Shown here: one piece after another, positions 29,547 to 39,279 of the stretch
Layout of the letters: every line of letters begins with the position of its first letter
Position numbering within the stretch: position 1 is the first letter of the stretch
Assembly (NCBI GenBank): GCA_002084875.1
Contig: NBMH01000045.1
Location: 5,082-69,081, forward strand
DNA: 64,000 nt
Direction of reading: 5' to 3'
Source of the DNA: Anaerolineaceae bacterium 4572_78
Lineage (GTDB): Bacteria > Chloroflexota > Anaerolineae > 4572-78
Translations under genes and position numbers: made by a program
The notes under the pieces: generated by a model
What the model saw: only the letters and a program-made list of their open reading frames with translations
What the model was told of the DNA's origin: nothing
The model's database searches: none

Positions 29547-31346
29547 ATGGAAAAAATCAAAGGTATTCGACAAGATAACACCATATTTAAAAATCACCAC
29601 AAAGTTGCAGATTTAATTTATATTGATGAACCTATACTGTCGCACTTCAAAGATGAGAAAAACAACAGCTATATTTACTATTGGTGTGATATTGATGAAG
29701 AGCATGACCGTTGGCTTGTTGTGCGGATTGATGATAACTATCTTGCACTTTATTTGAACGGTAATATTTCCTTGCGGCAGGTCATTCTCATGCCGATGGA
29801 CAAATTTCTTTATTATGTTGATGTTGATGAAGATGGAAATCATGAGCATGTCTATCGTATTAACACCAACATAATCCCCGAATCGTATCTACCTGAAACC
29901 GATTCTTGTTATGATGATGACGTTATTGTAGCTGGTATTGAGATTCCAATGGACAAACCAGTGCCCGCCTCCACTGATAATGACATGTCCTCTGAACTTG
30001 TGGGCATGATTGAGGAAACACTACCTGATGAATCTGAAAAAATCGTTGTTGATAAAACAGAGGATGACATCAAGCCCGAGCCTGATGACGAATCAGCTTT
30101 TGCTGATTTCGACATTAACCTGCCCGATACTTACATGCAACGAGATAAACATCCTGTCTTTCAGGCATTAACGGGATTGATGGTGGGCAAGTCCGAAGAT
30201 AGGGCTTTGAAGCTTCTCATCTTAGATACAATTACAAGCAAAACACATATATTAAGTCAAACAGGTTCCCCCGAATGGCCTACCATTGACGATTTAAATA
30301 AATCATTGCAAAATAATCATATCAAAGAATTACCACGATTAGTTGGCAAATTGCATCAAACTGGGCTGTTGGAAGCGTATGGCAAACCGTATCGTTATGG
30401 ATTGACTCCAGCCGCCTCAACAGTATTAGCGTTTTTGAATTTGACATTTGATTTTCAAGATGATAGTGGTTTGGCTTCGGCAATTGTGGCAAATATGAAT
30501 TTGATACAGCTCCGTAAAAAAACGAAAGCTCCTCTTACGGCTTTGTTGCAAGTTTTCAGAAATATTTTATACGAAATTAACCGTCTTAATTTGCGTTTGC
30601 AGGATGCTCTTCGACATCGTATTCGCGTTGATTTAGAACGAGTTAATGCCGATTTGGAAATCGTCCAAGCTTATGTCGAGCCATTAAGAGAATTGACCGA
30701 TGAATTTAGCCAACAGGCTCATGCACAATTGACGAATCCAGGTCGAGTCGTTGCATGGTTGAGTCAAGGTCGAGCCATGCTCAATCAATTTGAAACACTT
30801 GCTGGTGGCATGACAAATTATTATCTTGGTCGAGCAAATCGTGATGCGGATGGTCGTTTAGCGATTGATAATATCGAAGCCATGTTAGCTGAATATGCTC
30901 AAACTGAAGAAGGCTGGCAAAAAATTGTTAGTTGGGGTGATAAACTTGATACATTTACAGGATTGTGGAATATACCAATTGGGTCACTGATTGAATCATA
31001 CAAAACTTATGGCGAACCGATGGAGAAAAAACGAGCTAAGGTTGCCCCAATAGTGGCTGTGAATAGTAATCAAAACAGCATGTACAAATGGATAGAGGAT
31101 GATGACGCAGAAGTGGAAGTACTGGCAGATTTACTTCAACAGAGAGGCGTTACCAACACATCAAATCTAGCGAGTCCCGACGATTGGTCAATTACAGTGG
31201 GGCGAGTGTGTGCCTTAGATGATGCCATCGAATTGATAAAAGACCGTACCGATGAGGAATGGCATATTTTGAACGAATCAGGTTACACCGTGTTTTCCGA
31301 TGAGGCAGAAGTTAAACGAATTACCCATGTAGAAATAGGTACGTAA
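29547..31346 (+). CDS. Hypothetical fusion: DUF6575-like N-domain, acidic linker, winged-helix/helical body
   Basis: LIYIDEPILSHF..YIYYWCD.D..DRWL..YLP resembles DUF6575; L..L...GLL....Y.LT winged-helix pattern at about aa 262-295. Confidence 0.55.
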   Translation: MEKIKGIRQDNTIFKNHHKVADLIYIDEPILSHFKDEKNNSYIYYWCDIDEEHDRWLVVRIDDNYLALYLNGNISLRQVILMPMDKFLYYVDVDEDGNHEHVYRINTNIIPESYLPETDSCYDDDVIVAGIEIPMDKPVPASTDNDMSSELVGMIEETLPDESEKIVVDKTEDDIKPEPDDESAFADFDINLPDTYMQRDKHPVFQALTGLMVGKSEDRALKLLILDTITSKTHILSQTGSPEWPTIDDLNKSLQNNHIKELPRLVGKLHQTGLLEAYGKPYRYGLTPAASTVLAFLNLTFDFQDDSGLASAIVANMNLIQLRKKTKAPLTALLQVFRNILYEINRLNLRLQDALRHRIRVDLERVNADLEIVQAYVEPLRELTDEFSQQAHAQLTNPGRVVAWLSQGRAMLNQFETLAGGMTNYYLGRANRDADGRLAIDNIEAMLAEYAQTEEGWQKIVSWGDKLDTFTGLWNIPIGSLIESYKTYGEPMEKKRAKVAPIVAVNSNQNSMYKWIEDDDAEVEVLADLLQQRGVTNTSNLASPDDWSITVGRVCALDDAIELIKDRTDEEWHILNESGYTVFSDEAEVKRITHVEIGT

Positions 31347-31660
31347 CGTTTATAGAAGTTACTTTTTTGGTGCCAACACGTAAAATAAGACAAAATTGCT
31401 ACACTTTTCCTACATTTTATCCCTACACTTTTCCTACGTTTCGCATTATTATACTAGGTCATTTTACGTATAATGAAAATTTTAGATTGGTGATATAGCT
31501 GTATCTTTAATAATAACAAATCTGATAACATAGAAAATTTGCCTCAAAGTAAGACAATTATACCCAAATTACCACATTACATGCCTAATAATCAAAAAGA
31601 TATCACCTAAAGCAAACATTCATTTCATAAAAATTTTGAGGATAACAGCCGTAAGGTAAC

Positions 31661-31690
31661 TTGCCAAAACAAATTCAGTTATGTTATAAT
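31661..31690 (+). promoter_or_regulatory. sigma70-type promoter of the LCP gene
   Basis: TTGCCA-18 nt-TATAAT with TG extension. Confidence 0.6.
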
Positions 31691-31822
31691 CGCGAGTGAG
31701 GTGAGGTGTATTTTTTAGATAATAATTTGCACTGGTGTAATTTGAGTTTCTACTAAAGTTGTCATGTCACATTTTTGTAGCAGAATTTAAATTACGATGC
31801 AGTAGTGCAAAAAAGGAGCGTG

Positions 31823-33409
31823 ATGACCGTACAAACACGAAGACCACAGTCGCAACCAACGATGCCTGTCTATATAGATGAATTTTATTATGAAGATGAA
31901 TTAGAAGAGTTTGTTCGCTTTGGAGTAAAATTTGCCATTGCATTTTTGATAGCCTCATTTTTACTTTGTGGCTTGTATTTGGGATACTTATTCCGTGGTT
32001 CCGTCAAACAAACCATAGTAAACTTTGGAGTAGGTGACCCCGTTTATGCAGACTCTACTACATCCGAAGTGGGAAACACGAATAGTATTCTCCAAAATAT
32101 TATGATGATAAGTCCTCAACGTGGTGGAGAAATTCCTGCGGCTGGCATTACAGGCGTGACGTTACCCGACTATGAAAATAAAGAACGAGTGAACATCTTG
32201 TTGTTGGGGATTGATAAGCGTCCGGGTGAAAAATATGCTCGTAGTGATACAATTATTGTAATTACGATTGACCCTGAAAACAAAACTGCAGGCATGGTTT
32301 CCATTCCGCGTGACTTGTATCTTCAAATTCCTGATTATGTGCAAACACGTATTAACAAAGCTCATTACTACGGTGAAAAAGATGGTTACCCAGGTGGGGG
32401 ACCTGCTTTGGCAATGCGAACCATTCAGGAAAATTTTGGCATTCCCATTCATTTCTATATCAAAGTTGATTTTAACGGCTTTCGAGAAATTGTAGATACG
32501 ATTGGTGGGATTGATGTTGATGTTCCCCATGCCATCGATGACCCTACGTTTCCCGACAATGATTATGGTTATGACCCATTTTATATCAGTGCTGGTCAGC
32601 ATCATCTTGATGGCAGCACAGCACTCAAATATGCCCGAACTCGCAAAACACCGCGTTCCGATTTTGGGCGGGCAGAACGTCAACAACAAGTGTTAGTGGC
32701 AATTAAAGATAAATCTCTACAATTTGATATTATCCCCAAAATACCTGAACTATGGACGACGGCAGGCAATGTTGTTGAGACTGACCTGCAACTGGTTGAT
32801 GTTGTTGAATTGGCAGAATTAGCAAATACTATCCAACATGAAAATATTGAAATGGTAGTGTTGGATGAATCCTACACCAACAATTACACCACAGATGCGG
32901 GGGCAATGGTGCTTGTGCCTGCATGGGATAAAATTGATGTTGTTATTGAGCAGATATTTGCCCAAGTTCAACCCGCCAAACTGAATTCAACACAACGTAT
33001 AGCTACCCAAGTTGCCCAATCAAATCGTGAAGAACAACGTCGCATACAAGCGGAACAACGAAATCAATCGCAAAATCAATTAGCTTTAGAGCGTGCCGCA
33101 ATTATTGTCCAAAATGGTACCAAGCAACCTGGCTTAGAAGTAACCATTGCTGATTTCTTCAAAAAACAAGGCTTTAATATTATCTATTTTGGACCGGCTG
33201 ACCTGCAAGATTACCCCAAAACCGTTATCGTTGATTATAGCGGTAAAGCGTACACACTTGGCATATTAACCAATTTCTTCGATGCCACCCCTGAAAATGT
33301 ACGTCAAAGCCCCGTTAGAGATGGGAATGTTGACATCCGCGTGATTATCGGTGAAGACTTTCAATTTTCCGAAGGACCCATAGATTTTGACGCAGTGCGT
33401 AAAAAATAA
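31823..33409 (+). CDS. LytR-CpsA-Psr (LCP) glycopolymer transferase with LytR_C domain
   Basis: TM, NILLLGID.R, RSDTII, SIPRDL, RINKA, YARTRK...DFGRAERQQ, VQNGT; AAGGAG RBS before ATG 31823. Confidence 0.93.
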   Translation: MTVQTRRPQSQPTMPVYIDEFYYEDELEEFVRFGVKFAIAFLIASFLLCGLYLGYLFRGSVKQTIVNFGVGDPVYADSTTSEVGNTNSILQNIMMISPQRGGEIPAAGITGVTLPDYENKERVNILLLGIDKRPGEKYARSDTIIVITIDPENKTAGMVSIPRDLYLQIPDYVQTRINKAHYYGEKDGYPGGGPALAMRTIQENFGIPIHFYIKVDFNGFREIVDTIGGIDVDVPHAIDDPTFPDNDYGYDPFYISAGQHHLDGSTALKYARTRKTPRSDFGRAERQQQVLVAIKDKSLQFDIIPKIPELWTTAGNVVETDLQLVDVVELAELANTIQHENIEMVVLDESYTNNYTTDAGAMVLVPAWDKIDVVIEQIFAQVQPAKLNSTQRIATQVAQSNREEQRRIQAEQRNQSQNQLALERAAIIVQNGTKQPGLEVTIADFFKKQGFNIIYFGPADLQDYPKTVIVDYSGKAYTLGILTNFFDATPENVRQSPVRDGNVDIRVIIGEDFQFSEGPIDFDAVRKK

Positions 33410-33418
33410 AAACAAAAT

Positions 33419-33446
33419 TTGACTTTTTGACGCAGTGCGGTATAAT
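33419..33446 (+). promoter_or_regulatory. sigma70-type promoter of acpS-acyl-CoA dehydrogenase operon
   Basis: TTGACT-16 nt-TATAAT. Confidence 0.6.
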
Positions 33447-33572
33447 TTAATATGAATGAGTTATATTTTAGAAACCAAGTTGACGAAAACTTGGTTTCTT
33501 GAGTCTTTCAAAAATAGTACTGAGTGCTGAGGCATTGCCAAATTATGCGTTGGCACTCCTATATAATTACAC

Positions 33573-33935
33573 ATGACAAACGCAATTGGTGTAGATATCA
33601 TCGAAAATCATCGTATTGAGTTGGCTATTCAAAAACATGGTAGCCGCTTTCTCAATCGAGTTTTTACCTCACAAGAACTTCAATACTGTAAAGGACGTAT
33701 TCCTTCCCTAGCTGTCCGTTGGGCGGCGAAAGAGTCTGTTGGAAAGGCATTCGGTACGGGAATTAGTGGAATTAGTTTTACAGATATTGAAGTTGTCTGC
33801 GATGAACATGGTAAACCTTTTATCGTTTTGCATGGCAATGCCAAACGATTAGCTTCTGAAAAAGGATTCAACACTGTTCATGTCAGCCTATCGCACACAC
33901 GAGAAACTTCCATTGCTTTTGTTGTGATTGATTAA
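33573..33935 (+). CDS. acpS: Holo-ACP synthase
   Basis: IGVDII, FLNRVFT..E, LAVRWAAKESVGKAFGTG, GKP, VSLSH. Confidence 0.95.
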   Translation: MTNAIGVDIIENHRIELAIQKHGSRFLNRVFTSQELQYCKGRIPSLAVRWAAKESVGKAFGTGISGISFTDIEVVCDEHGKPFIVLHGNAKRLASEKGFNTVHVSLSHTRETSIAFVVID

Positions 33936-33949
33936 ATAAAGGGGTTTTT

Positions 33950-35041
33950 ATGATTTCATTTGATTTCACTGAAGAACAACAAATGTTAGTAGACTCCGTT
34001 CGGCGTTATGCTGAACGTGAAATGCGTAAATCAATCCATGACATGGATGAAGCTCGCCAGCTTCCCGATGGATTGATTGATAAAGGTTGGGAATTAGGCT
34101 TGATTCCAAGTAGCATTCCCGAAGAATACGATGGCTTTGGCGAACATTCAGCTATTACAGGTGTATTGTATGCTGAAGAACTTGCTTGGGGTGATGTCAG
34201 TGCCACATTAGCATTACTAGCCCCAAATTTGGTTTCAATTCCTGTCTTAGAATATGGCACCGCCGAACAAAAGGAATCACTTTTGCCTAAATTCTGCGAT
34301 GACGAGTTTTTCTGTGCCACTTCTGCATTGGTTGAACCAAGTATCACTTTCGACCCATACAACTTAAAAACGAAAGCTATCAATGAGGATGGGCATTATA
34401 TTCTCAATGGTAATAAAGTGTATGTGCCATTAGCAGATACCGCTAATTATGTGTTGGTCTATGCAAATGAAGATGGTAAAACACAAGGATTCCTTGTAGA
34501 AAAAGATACCACAGGATTGCAGATTGTTGCTAGAGAACATAACATGGGGTTAGGTGCATTGCCAACTTACAAAGTTAATCTCGAAAATTGCAAGCTTCCC
34601 GCTACGGCTAAAATTGGTGGCGAAGAAGGGCTTAACTTTGAGCGGTTGCATGCCTATAGCAATGTTGCACTAGCGGCAATGGCTGTCGGACAGGCAAAGG
34701 CAAGTTATGAATATGCTGTAGAATATGCTAAAGACCGCCAAGCATTCGGCGAAGCGATTGCTCAACGGCAATCAATCGCATTTATGCTGGCAGACATGGC
34801 GACCGAAATTGATGGCACACGTCTGATGGTCTGGGAAACTGCTTGGAAACTTGACCAAGGTGAAAATGCCAGCCAAGAAGCAACCCTCGTTAGACGATAT
34901 GCAAGTGACATGGTATTGACCGTAACCGACGGTAGTGTTCAAACATTAGGCGGTCATGGTTATATCCGCGACCATCCCGTTGAAATGTGGCTTCGAAATG
35001 GTCGTGGTTTTGCAATTTTTGACGGAATAGCTATAGTTTAG
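33950..35041 (+). CDS. Acyl-CoA dehydrogenase (FadE24-like partner)
   Basis: EELAWGD, LNGNK, YAKDRQAFG..I...Q, LGGHGYIRDHPVE.W.R; C-terminal IFDG instead of I(Y/F)EG. Confidence 0.9.
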   Translation: MISFDFTEEQQMLVDSVRRYAEREMRKSIHDMDEARQLPDGLIDKGWELGLIPSSIPEEYDGFGEHSAITGVLYAEELAWGDVSATLALLAPNLVSIPVLEYGTAEQKESLLPKFCDDEFFCATSALVEPSITFDPYNLKTKAINEDGHYILNGNKVYVPLADTANYVLVYANEDGKTQGFLVEKDTTGLQIVAREHNMGLGALPTYKVNLENCKLPATAKIGGEEGLNFERLHAYSNVALAAMAVGQAKASYEYAVEYAKDRQAFGEAIAQRQSIAFMLADMATEIDGTRLMVWETAWKLDQGENASQEATLVRRYASDMVLTVTDGSVQTLGGHGYIRDHPVEMWLRNGRGFAIFDGIAIV

Positions 35042-35054
35042 TAAGGAGAAAATA

Positions 35055-36320
35055 ATGATAGACTTTTCATTACCTGATAACATTAAAGAACAAAATCAAC
35101 GTTTGTTTATGGTGGCAAGTCACTTCATGAGACCGATTGCCCGCGAGATGGATGATAAGGAACATACCAAGCCATGGGATTTTATTAACATGACTTGGCA
35201 AGTTACATCTTCTCAAATGAAACGACGTGTTAAACGTTTGGAAAAAGAGTTAGCAGGCGAGGAAGTTGATAAATCTGGTGGCAATAGCTTTGGCACAAGA
35301 GGCTACATGCCCTTGATATACATGATTGAAATGCTTTCATGGGGCGATGCTGGGATTTATCTGTGCTTACCAACAGCTGCTTTAGCAGGTTCTGCCATTG
35401 ATGCCGTCGGCACACTTGAGCAGAAAAACCGTTTTTTACCTCGATTTAGCAAAGGTAAGCCAAAGTGGGGAGCAATGGCAATTACAGAACCACATGCTGG
35501 TTCTGATACATCTGCTATTCGTACCACTGCTACACTTGACCATGAAACAAATGAATGGATATTAAATGGAGAAAAATCATTTGTTACCAGTGGCTTAATG
35601 GCTGCCAAAGATTCAGATGGTATTTTGGTCGTTTGGGCGACTATTGACGCTAGTGCAGGGCGGCGAGGCATAAAAAGTTTTGTTATTGAAGCAAATACGC
35701 CTGGCATGGAAGTGCTTAAGCTGGAGAAAAAGCATGGTATTCGAGTCAGCGATACGGCTACGATTAAACTTGAAAATTGTCGTATTCCTTATGAGAATAT
35801 CTTAGGTAATCCCGAAGTCCAAGACAAGAAAGAGAAAAAAGGTTTTCAAGGTGCCATGCGTACCTTTGATGCTTCTCGACCATTAGTGGCGGCTAGTGCC
35901 ATTGGAATCGGGCGGGCGGCTTTGGAATTTACCAAAGAAGCTCTTGAAAAAGAAGGTATTACCATTCGTTATAATGCTCCCAAACATGTCCTGACAAGTA
36001 TTGAAAGAGATTTCATGGACATGGAGGCAAATCTTAAGGCGGCATGGTTACTTACATTAAAAGCTACTTGGATGATGGACCAACGGCTACCAAATACGAT
36101 TGAATCGAGCATGGCAAAAGTGAAAGCGGGTAAAGCTGTCACGCTTGTTACTCAAAAAGCAGTAGAACTTTTAGGACCACTAGGCTATTCATGCGATGAC
36201 TTAATTGAAAAATGGATGCGCGATGGCAAGATTAATGACCTGTACGAAGGAACGGGTCAAATCAATACCCTCGTTGTTGCCCGTCGAATTTTGGGCTATG
36301 ACCGAAATCAGTTGAAATAA
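35055..36320 (+). CDS. Acyl-CoA dehydrogenase (FadE23-like)
   Basis: AMAITEPHAGSD, LNGEKSFVT, K.GIRVSDTA, EKWMRDGKINDLYEGTGQI. Confidence 0.92.
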   Translation: MIDFSLPDNIKEQNQRLFMVASHFMRPIAREMDDKEHTKPWDFINMTWQVTSSQMKRRVKRLEKELAGEEVDKSGGNSFGTRGYMPLIYMIEMLSWGDAGIYLCLPTAALAGSAIDAVGTLEQKNRFLPRFSKGKPKWGAMAITEPHAGSDTSAIRTTATLDHETNEWILNGEKSFVTSGLMAAKDSDGILVVWATIDASAGRRGIKSFVIEANTPGMEVLKLEKKHGIRVSDTATIKLENCRIPYENILGNPEVQDKKEKKGFQGAMRTFDASRPLVAASAIGIGRAALEFTKEALEKEGITIRYNAPKHVLTSIERDFMDMEANLKAAWLLTLKATWMMDQRLPNTIESSMAKVKAGKAVTLVTQKAVELLGPLGYSCDDLIEKWMRDGKINDLYEGTGQINTLVVARRILGYDRNQLK

Positions 36321-36439
36321 GCAACTAAAGTAACTTAAACAACCCGACGGATTCAGTCGTCGTGCTTACTTTTCGTAGCACGACGGCTTTAGCCTCACGC
36401 TTATGTGCAAAAAACGCACCGTCAATGAAGCTACCCTAT

Positions 36440-36506
36440 GAGCTCAACACACTAGAAATCCAATTTTTCCAAAAAATTGAATGTCTAAACTGTGTTGAGT
36501 TTTTTT
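36440..36506 (+). terminator. Long hairpin followed by a T-run (probable terminator or MITE remnant)
   Basis: GAGCTCAACACA...TGTGTTGAGTTTTTTT downstream of the dehydrogenase pair. Confidence 0.45.
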
Positions 36507-36609
36507 GTGTCTAAAGTCCAAAATTATTGCAGGTGATTTGCACGGGTAAGAAATTCATGTTACGATACAGAGATTATTTTTAGATTACACAATTCAAGAG
36601 GAGTTTTCT

Positions 36610-38238
36610 ATGAAACAACTATTTATTACTTTTACCCTTTTTATCATCATGGCATCCATGGCAGTAGGTTGTAATAATGCAACCCCTGAATCGAAAGAAC
36701 CGCCGCAAGATGAATCCCATGAGGAAAGTTCAGTAGAGAAACCTGCTGAAACTGAAGATGAATCTCCTGCCGATGATGCCGCCGATTTAGATAAAGAGAA
36801 GGTATTACGCATTGCTTTAACCTCACAACTTAATTCTTTTGATTTGCCGTATACCCTAGAACGCACATTGAGAAATGTAACATGGGCTATTTATGACTCA
36901 TTGGTTTGGGTTGATGAACAAGGGAATGTAGTTCCTGCTTTGGCGAAAGATTGGGAAATATCAGAAGATGGAATAACCTATACTTTCCATTTACGTGACG
37001 ATATTACCTTTCACAATGGTGAGCTATTTAACGCCGATTCAGTGCTATTAACATGGCAACGTGGTCTTAATGAGGAAGCAGGCAATAAGAAAAGTTTTCA
37101 ACTTGTTACCGATATAGAAAAGGTGGACGATTACACCGTCAATATTACAACTGATGGACCTTCACCCTTACTTTTGGATACAATGAGTACTTATTGGGGC
37201 ATGGTGCCACCCAAATATATTGCCGAAGTTGGCGATGAAGAATTTGGAAGAAAACCGATCGGTACGGGTCCTTTCATGTACGAAGAATGGGTAACGGGAG
37301 AACGTATCGTTTTGATGAAAAATCCTAACTATTTTCGTGAAGGATACCCCAAGCTGGATAAAGTGATTTTCCGTACTATTTCAGAATCAGCTACACGTGT
37401 TGCTGCCATTCAAACAGGTGAAATGGATATTGTTACTCGTCTTAGTGCTGATGAGGCTGATAGCTTACGCGATAAAGATGGCGTTGAAGTTATGAAATAT
37501 TCGATTGACCGTGTTTACTATATCACGTTCAATAACTTGACAAGTGGCAAGGGATTGCCAACAGAGAATGTAAACGTTCGGCTTGCCATGAACTATGCCG
37601 TAGATATGGATACAATCATTGAAAGACTTTTTAACGGACATGCCATTCCTGCCACAGGATTTATAACTGCAAACAACTTTGGACATGATGCCAGTATTAA
37701 ACCTTATGGTTATGACCCTGATAAAGCTCGTGAACTTCTAACCGAAGCAGGCTATCCCGATGGTTTTGACATTGGCATGGCATGTCCCATTGGAGCATAT
37801 ACGAGCTTTGATGATGTTTGCCAAGCCATTCAAGGTTACTTGGGTGAGGTAGGTATTAATGCCGACCTCGAACTCATGGAAACGGGTAAATATTGGGACT
37901 TAGAATCCAAAAAAGAATTACCACCTCTTTTTGGTGAGAGTTGGTCAAATTCAGCATCCGAATCATTAATCCGTTTAGAGGGACTTTTGCGAGCCGATGC
38001 TACATATTCAACATGGACGGAACCGACCATTGATGATTTGCTCGACAAAATAACCATGACAGCGAAGCCCGAAGACCGTGCCGAGTTGTATAAAGAATTG
38101 CAACAGTACATGCATGATAATCCACCATTTATCTATCTGTATGTACCATCTACATTTGAGGCGATTCGCAACAATGTTAAGGATTATACACCGCGTGCCG
38201 CTGAAAACTATTTCTTGTATGAAACAATTGTAGAATAA
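36610..38238 (+). CDS. Peptide/nickel ABC transporter substrate-binding lipoprotein (family 5)
   Basis: Lipobox AVGC, IYDSLV, PALAKDWEISEDG..YTFHLR, PIGTGPF, VRLAMNYAVD. Confidence 0.93.
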   Translation: MKQLFITFTLFIIMASMAVGCNNATPESKEPPQDESHEESSVEKPAETEDESPADDAADLDKEKVLRIALTSQLNSFDLPYTLERTLRNVTWAIYDSLVWVDEQGNVVPALAKDWEISEDGITYTFHLRDDITFHNGELFNADSVLLTWQRGLNEEAGNKKSFQLVTDIEKVDDYTVNITTDGPSPLLLDTMSTYWGMVPPKYIAEVGDEEFGRKPIGTGPFMYEEWVTGERIVLMKNPNYFREGYPKLDKVIFRTISESATRVAAIQTGEMDIVTRLSADEADSLRDKDGVEVMKYSIDRVYYITFNNLTSGKGLPTENVNVRLAMNYAVDMDTIIERLFNGHAIPATGFITANNFGHDASIKPYGYDPDKARELLTEAGYPDGFDIGMACPIGAYTSFDDVCQAIQGYLGEVGINADLELMETGKYWDLESKKELPPLFGESWSNSASESLIRLEGLLRADATYSTWTEPTIDDLLDKITMTAKPEDRAELYKELQQYMHDNPPFIYLYVPSTFEAIRNNVKDYTPRAAENYFLYETIVE

Positions 38239-38289
38239 TATCTGATATTATGCAAAGACCTGAAAGGTTTTTAAAACCTATTATGGTTA

Positions 38290-38322
38290 AAACAAGAAAG
38301 GTTTTTAAAACCTTTCTTGTTT
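38290..38322. repeat. Family A palindrome
   Basis: AAACAAGAAAGGTTTTTAAAACCTTTCTTGTTT, preceded by a partial AGACCTGAAAGGTTTTTAAAACCT copy. Confidence 0.85.
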
Positions 38323-38432
38323 GACTATTACCTTGTGTGAGGGGTCTACTAGCACTAAGTTCTCCCAGCACCATGATTTTCTTAGAAAAACTATCACACA
38401 ATTATTAGAAGAATTTAGGAGGTAAAAGTTTT

Positions 38433-39272
38433 ATGCAACGATATTTTCTTTCAAGGATAGGGCAATCCATAGCCATTATTATCGGCGTATTATTTCTAGT
38501 TTTTTTCATGGTGCGTGTAACAGGAGACCCAGCCGCACTCATGATGTCACGCAATGCCACCCAAGAAGATGTAGAGGCATTTCGTGAAAAAATGGGATTT
38601 AATCGCCCTATTTATGTGCAGTTTGCCGATTTTATTACGCATGCAATTCGAGGCGATTTTGGAAATTCGCTACGCTATCGCATGCCCGCCATGCAGTTGG
38701 TGCTAGAACGCATCCCTGCCACCGTCGAATTGGCAAGCGTTCTAGCACGAGCATTGGGTTTAATCGGGCAATCCGTACCGAACTTTTGGCTGGCACTAAT
38801 TCTCATTATTATTTTTGCCGTCAACTTACAATGGTTTCCATCATTTGGGCGAGATGACTGGAAATCGGTCGTTTTACCTGCCGTCTCACTAGCACTTTTT
38901 CCCATGGGGCAGTTTGTGCGTCTAACGAGAGCAACCGTGTTAGATGTGCGTTCTCAAAATTATGTGCGTACCGCTTATTCTAAAGGATTGAGTAAACGCA
39001 CCGTTTATTTTCAACACATTTTACGAAATGTCGCATTGTCGCTTATTAGCATTATCGGGATTCAATTCGGCTACTTGTTGAGCGGTTCGATTTATATCGA
39101 ATTTATTTTTTCATGGCCTGGCATTGGGCAGATGATTGCAGAATCGGTGGCAGGGCGTGATTTTCCACTTATCCAAGCAATTGCTATTTTTACCAGTGTG
39201 GTGATAGTACTAATCAATTTACTAACCGACATGGCTTATGTTATTATAGACCCACGAATTAAATACGGATGA
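38433..39272 (+). CDS. ABC transporter permease (DppB/OppB-like) missing about one TM helix
   Basis: GDPA, GDFGNS, PATVELA joined directly to LGLIGQSVPNFW; EAA loop YVRTAYSKGL; DPRI. Confidence 0.85.
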   Translation: MQRYFLSRIGQSIAIIIGVLFLVFFMVRVTGDPAALMMSRNATQEDVEAFREKMGFNRPIYVQFADFITHAIRGDFGNSLRYRMPAMQLVLERIPATVELASVLARALGLIGQSVPNFWLALILIIIFAVNLQWFPSFGRDDWKSVVLPAVSLALFPMGQFVRLTRATVLDVRSQNYVRTAYSKGLSKRTVYFQHILRNVALSLISIIGIQFGYLLSGSIYIEFIFSWPGIGQMIAESVAGRDFPLIQAIAIFTSVVIVLINLLTDMAYVIIDPRIKYG

Positions 39273-39279
39273 AAAATTA

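Noticed and set aside
33385-33439. 15-bp direct repeat TTTTGACGCAGTGCG
   Set aside because: Real, but explicable as a local duplication across the LCP 3' end and next promoter; no further copies seen
33520-33560. CIRCE-like GAGTGCT...GGCACTC element before acpS
   Set aside because: Arms are in the wrong order and spacing for CIRCE (TTAGCACTC-N9-GAGTGCTAA)
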